DNA of 64,000 bases from an uncultured Oscillospiraceae bacterium. GTDB taxonomy: Bacteria > Bacillota > Clostridia > Saccharofermentanales > Saccharofermentanaceae. Numbering within the stretch: the first letter of the stretch is position 1; each line of letters begins with the position of its first letter. The notes beneath the pieces are model-generated. The model made no database searches, was not told the origin of the DNA, and was given only the letters and a program-made list of their open reading frames with translations. Positions 60,371-64,000 of this stretch are shown here, in pieces. Both the position numbers and the translations under genes were made by a program. The stretch lies in NCBI GenBank assembly GCA_964501725.1, contig CAZCTO010000007.1:10264-74263 (forward strand), read 5' to 3'.

Positions 60371-61255
60371 GTGAATCCATGGAAGGGGGAATTGAACTTG
60401 GGATGGATTGAAAGCATAGGAGATGCGATCCGTTACATCGAGGATCATATCACCGAAGAGCTAAGTATGGATGAGGTAGCAGGGAACGTGTTCCTGTCAC
60501 CGTTCTATTTCCAGAAGGGCTTTTCGATGCTTTGCGGATTTACAGTCGGTGAATACGTCCGGTTACGAAGGCTTACGCTTGCCGGCAGCGAGCTGGTCCT
60601 GACGGACAATAAAATCATCGACATCGCCGTAAAGTACGGATATGATTCACCGGACAGCTTCACCAAAGCGTTCACTCGATTCCATGGTGTCACACCCTCC
60701 GCCATACGTAAGGAAGGAGCGATGATGAAATCGTTCGCTCCGCTACAGATTGAATTCATGTTGAAAGGTGGTTTTACCATGGAGTACAAAGTAATGGAAA
60801 AGGACGCGTTCACCGTTTTGGCCGCATCAAAGAAGTTCAAATACAATTCCTCGAAAACCGAGATCCCGGCCTTCTGGGCAGAGCATCAGCAAAGCGGCAA
60901 GGGCAGATTCGTCTGCGGCATGTATGGCATTTGCATTGATGAGAGTATGGGCGCCGACGAGTTTGAGTACCTGATCGCGGATAACTATAACCCAGCAACC
61001 GAAGTTCCGGAGGGTTTTGTTACCCGCACGATCCCGAAGCATACTTGGGCGGTTTTCCCATGCAAGGGCGCGATGCCTGATGCGATTCAGAGCGTTAATC
61101 ATCAGATCTTTTCGGAGTGGCTTCCGAACTGTAAGGAGTATGAGATCGCCGCCGGAATTAATGTCGAGATGTACAGCGATCCAACCCCTTATCCGAAGGG
61201 CTTACAGGATGAGAACTACTACACCGAGATCTGGATTCCGGTCAAAAAGAAATAG
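60371..61255 (+). CDS. AraC-family transcriptional regulator with GyrI-like effector-binding domain
   Basis: N-terminal AraC HTH pair, C-terminal GyrI-like domain; GTG start. Confidence 0.7.
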   Translation: MNPWKGELNLGWIESIGDAIRYIEDHITEELSMDEVAGNVFLSPFYFQKGFSMLCGFTVGEYVRLRRLTLAGSELVLTDNKIIDIAVKYGYDSPDSFTKAFTRFHGVTPSAIRKEGAMMKSFAPLQIEFMLKGGFTMEYKVMEKDAFTVLAASKKFKYNSSKTEIPAFWAEHQQSGKGRFVCGMYGICIDESMGADEFEYLIADNYNPATEVPEGFVTRTIPKHTWAVFPCKGAMPDAIQSVNHQIFSEWLPNCKEYEIAAGINVEMYSDPTPYPKGLQDENYYTEIWIPVKKK

Positions 61256-61294
61256 TCAGGACGGGCGCGGCCGCGCTTTCAGAAAAAAGTTCAA

Positions 61295-61330
61295 ACGGCC
61301 TTCGCGTAAGATGCGAAGGCCGTTTTCATT
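61295..61330. terminator. Bidirectional intrinsic terminator
   Basis: ACGGCCTTCGC-GTAAGAT-GCGAAGGCCGT stem-loop followed by TTTTCATTT, between convergent genes. Confidence 0.65.
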
Positions 61331-61347
61331 TAAATATATAATGGCAA

Positions 61348-62016
61348 CTATTTCACGCTACCCCCGTGAAAGAAACACTCATAGACACGCAAGTCTCCGA
61401 AAAAGATCTCTTCATATCCCTGAAACCACTCCGGATCACCGCTGACGCAACAGCGATACCGATAATCGCCTTCCGCGAAAAACTCCGGCCCGCGAAAAGG
61501 CAACTGCTCCGGAACCGCACTCAGCGCGGCCTTGAGAAAATCGCCGCTAAAGTTTCCATCCAACACACGCCCCGAATAGTTCATCGCGAAAACCGGCACG
61601 CCCTTACACCAGACCGCTTCCTCACCCGAGAATCGCTCGCCGCCGAGATAGGTGTCGATATAAAGATAATCGCCTTCCGAGAAGGATAAATCATGCGAGG
61701 CCGGACGGGAGCTTTCGCTCTCCGGCGCTTTCGCCGCATAGGTGCCGATTTTTGCCTTGATGAGAAAAGCAATCAAATCAGGACACTCCTTTTGAGCCGT
61801 TCCCGGTTGGGTACGGCACGAATCTTCCTTGACCAGATAATCGACGGTCACCAGAAATAACTCGCTGATGGCGATAAGATTTTCAATATCGGGGTAACCC
61901 TGACCGGACTCCCATTTAGTGACGGTTTGACGTGCAAGGGACAATTCGGACGCCAGATCCTCCTGGGTCCATCCCTTGCTCTTTCTTAAGAGTTGAAGTT
62001 TTTCAGCAAAACGCAT
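61348..62016 (-). CDS. XRE-family HTH regulator with C-terminal uncharacterized domain
   Basis: HTH_3 (WTQEDLASELSLARQTVTKWESGQ); ~150-aa C-terminal domain. Confidence 0.65.
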   Translation of the reverse strand: MRFAEKLQLLRKSKGWTQEDLASELSLARQTVTKWESGQGYPDIENLIAISELFLVTVDYLVKEDSCRTQPGTAQKECPDLIAFLIKAKIGTYAAKAPESESSRPASHDLSFSEGDYLYIDTYLGGERFSGEEAVWCKGVPVFAMNYSGRVLDGNFSGDFLKAALSAVPEQLPFRGPEFFAEGDYRYRCCVSGDPEWFQGYEEIFFGDLRVYECFFHGGSVK

Positions 62017-62204
62017 TCGAGCACCCCCTTTTGTATGAATTCACTATACCGCAGCACAGCGAAAAGCGACAAGCAAACATTGCTCACAAATTTGCAGCTT
62101 CAAGTGGCATTCCTCATTGAAAAACGATAGTCTGCGTTATAATAAGTACATATGTTCTCTTATGCTCGCATCGTAATTCAAGTATTTTCAAAGGAGAGAC
62201 GAAG

Positions 62205-62624
62205 ATGACAGAGGAAAAGATGAAAAGGGCAATGGATCTGGTCGAGGCTAGCAGGACCTGCATTTTCGCGAATACGGACGACAACGGGAAGCCCCAGGCG
62301 AAGGCTTTTCTGAAAACCCAGGCAAAGGGCCTGAAGGAGATCTGGATTTGCACAAACACCTCTTCGAAACGCGCCGCGCAGGTCAAGAAAAATCCGGAAG
62401 CCGCGATGTATTTTTATAACGAGAATACGTTTGAGGGCCTGATGCTCTCCGGTAACGCCGAGATCATTTACGACGACGCAAAGCGCAAAGAGTTCTGGTG
62501 GGACAACATGACAATGTACTATCCGCTCGGTCCGACTGACCCGGATTACGCGTTGCTTCGTTTCACGGCGACCCGCGGCAACTTCTATTGCGATTTAAGG
62601 AACGAGGATTTCGAAGTGAAGTGA
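62205..62624 (+). CDS. Pyridoxamine 5'-phosphate oxidase-like (FMN-binding split-barrel) family protein
   Basis: General-stress-protein-26-like pattern; 139 aa. Confidence 0.6.
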   Translation: MTEEKMKRAMDLVEASRTCIFANTDDNGKPQAKAFLKTQAKGLKEIWICTNTSSKRAAQVKKNPEAAMYFYNENTFEGLMLSGNAEIIYDDAKRKEFWWDNMTMYYPLGPTDPDYALLRFTATRGNFYCDLRNEDFEVK

Positions 62625-62729
62625 AAACGTCCAATTTATGCTTGCGATGAATTACATCAAAAAGCATGATTTCAAGCTGTTCGGCTGGTATCGGATCGCG
62701 CTCGGGATCATCGTTATTTTGTATTTCAC
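62620..62729 (+). pseudogene. Relic of the 3' end of an undecaprenyl-diphosphatase (uppP/bacA-like) gene
   Basis: Open frame directly after the PNPOx stop encodes ..[35 protein letters not shown].., matching the conserved UppP C-terminus (..KKHxFxxFxxYRIxLGxxxL..). No RBS or upstream part; runs antisense into the yccF 3' end. Confidence 0.45.
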
Positions 62730-63095
62730 TCATTTCTTCACAATTTTCGCGCCGAAGGGCATGATCGCGAGTTGAGCGAATTTGATGAACTGAAGTCCGA
62801 AAGGTATCCCGAAAATCGTAATACACCATATAATCCCGATCAAAAAAGCCGTGCTGGCTAGTTCCCACCCGAACAGGATGATCCAGATGAAGTTCAGAAG
62901 AAAACTTCCGGCCCCGCCGGAGAATTCGATCGCCCGGCCGAACGGCCACAGGATCAGGCCGGCAAACTTCATGCACTGAATGCCTACGGGGATGCCGAGA
63001 ATGGATACGAAGAATAAAAGCCCCGCTATCGCCCACAGAAGCGCAAGGATCCCACCCCCGAAAATGACCCACAGAATATTTCCGATCGTTTTCAT
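62730..63095 (-). CDS. YccF-domain (DUF307) inner membrane protein
   Basis: Internal duplication with GIP.G..FK.A.L...PFG motifs twice; 121 aa. Confidence 0.7.
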   Translation of the reverse strand: MKTIGNILWVIFGGGILALLWAIAGLLFFVSILGIPVGIQCMKFAGLILWPFGRAIEFSGGAGSFLLNFIWIILFGWELASTAFLIGIIWCITIFGIPFGLQFIKFAQLAIMPFGAKIVKK

Positions 63096-63409
63096 TCGTT
63101 TCCTCTTTGTGATCCATAAAGGCGCTCCTCGGTCTTTTCGCGATGTTCCAGAAGCAGAGCCATCAGTCCGGCGGTGTCCTTTTGCTCGAAAAACGGGATC
63201 AGCTGGTTCGGGCTGATTTCAAGGCTCCGGGCGGCCTTGATGATGTCGACCGGAAGCATCTGATCCGGGTGATAGTAGCGGTAACCGCTCTCCGGATCGA
63301 TGAGACGCGGTTTCAGAAGTCCAATCTCGTCGTAGAAACGCAGGGCCTTTACCGTGATGCCCTTGCTTTTTGAGACTTCGCCGATCGAAAAAAGCCCGTC
63401 CTTCATCAT
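63092..63409 (-). CDS. MerR-family transcriptional regulator
   Basis: FSIGEVSKSKGITVKALRFYDEIGLLKP HTH; 4-nt overlap with the downstream yccF-like gene. Confidence 0.75.
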   Translation of the reverse strand: MMKDGLFSIGEVSKSKGITVKALRFYDEIGLLKPRLIDPESGYRYYHPDQMLPVDIIKAARSLEISPNQLIPFFEQKDTAGLMALLLEHREKTEERLYGSQRGNE

Positions 63410-63633
63410 GATCCTCCCGGTCTGTGGGTTTTCTATATAAAAGCATACCGTGAACCGTTGTGAGAGTAAAGGATTAGCAATCAGAGATGAGAAAACGTTT
63501 TCTTTGCGGGCACAGATATGGATAGAACCGAACGTAAAAAATCTGAGAAATGAATTTTACGAAGATCCGTCATTTATGCAAATCCAAAAATGCGAAAGTT
63601 AAGATAACTGATCGGCAATGAATGGCAGTTCAA

Positions 63634-64000
63634 CCTACTCAAACGCCCTCAACTGCCGATTGAGTAGGCTTTTCAATGACAAAAGAACCGCGCCGGGTGG
63701 TCGGCGGACCTACTCAAACGCCCTCAACTGCCGATTGAGTAGGCTCGTCAATGATAGAAAACCCGCGCCGGGTGGCCTGCCAACCTACTCAAACACGCTC
63801 AACTGCCGATTGAGTAGGCTCATCAACGATTGAAAAACTGCGCCGGGTGGCCTGCGGACCTACTCAAATGCGCTCAACTGCTGATTGAGTAGGCTCATCA
63901 ATGAAAAAACCCCGCCCCGACGGGCCAGTCGGGCCTACTCAAATGCGCTCAACTGCCGATTGAGTAGGCTCATCAACGATTGAAAAACTGCGCCGGGTGG
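63634..64000. repeat. Tandem array (>=4.9 copies, continuing past the window) of a 75-bp unit, each with a conserved hairpin (9-bp stem CCTACTCAA/TTGAGTAGG, 17-nt loop)
   Basis: Unit starts at 63634, 63709, 63784, 63859, 63934 (exact 75-bp period). Stems identical in all copies; loops and inter-hairpin segments vary but stay mutually similar (units 3 and 5 identical where both are visible). Confidence 0.85.

Noticed and set aside
63618-63833. 71-aa ORF with repeated YSNALNCRLSRL peptide
   Set aside because: Artefact of translating the 75-bp tandem repeat (75 is divisible by 3, so the frame persists); no RBS.
63634-64000. Possible CRISPR array
   Set aside because: The period is 75 bp with hairpin repeat and linker both repeated. 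Linkers are mutually similar (units 3 and 5 identical) rather than unique spacers. No cas genes within 20 kb upstream. Treated as a structured tandem repeat instead.

Overview
This 64 kb window looks like a chromosomal segment from a Firmicutes/Clostridia-type genome (GC roughly 50-55%, Shine-Dalgarno GGAGG sites, frequent GTG/TTG starts, gene-family content typical of Oscillospirales-like anaerobes). The taxon cannot be confirmed from sequence alone.

Positions 1-19.6 kb are a densely packed core-housekeeping region, almost all on the + strand: rho (5' partial), rpmE, DUF1385, prmC, DUF951, DUF1836, GNAT, then a minus-strand GGGtGRT/NifU-like pair, prfA, a fused tsaC(sua5)-LMW-phosphatase gene, the rpsF-ssb-rpsR operon, rplI, dnaB, tilS-hpt-ftsH, and convergent murC.

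From about 19.6 kb to the end the character changes to a mosaic accessory-type region. It holds many membrane and zinc-ribbon proteins, two flotillin loci (one in an operon with DUF1836 and NfeD), two peptide-antibiotic-sensing two-component/ABC modules, LrgAB, a GH8 exo-oligoxylanase, a nucleobase permease, an InlB-B-repeat surface protein, and several MerR/XRE/AraC regulators.

Notable structural observations:
- An ~85 bp direct duplication of the 3' end of a PRTase (apt-like) gene flanks an inserted membrane-protein gene.
- Two short gene relics are present: a UPF0145/YbjQ-like gene with an internal deletion and the C-terminal end of an uppP-like gene.
- A promoter carries phased GAACGCG repeats.
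- A perfectly periodic 75 bp hairpin-containing tandem-repeat array runs off the end of the window.

No cas genes, integrases, transposases or obvious defence nucleases were seen. All product calls rest on remembered family motifs and would need HMM/BLAST confirmation.
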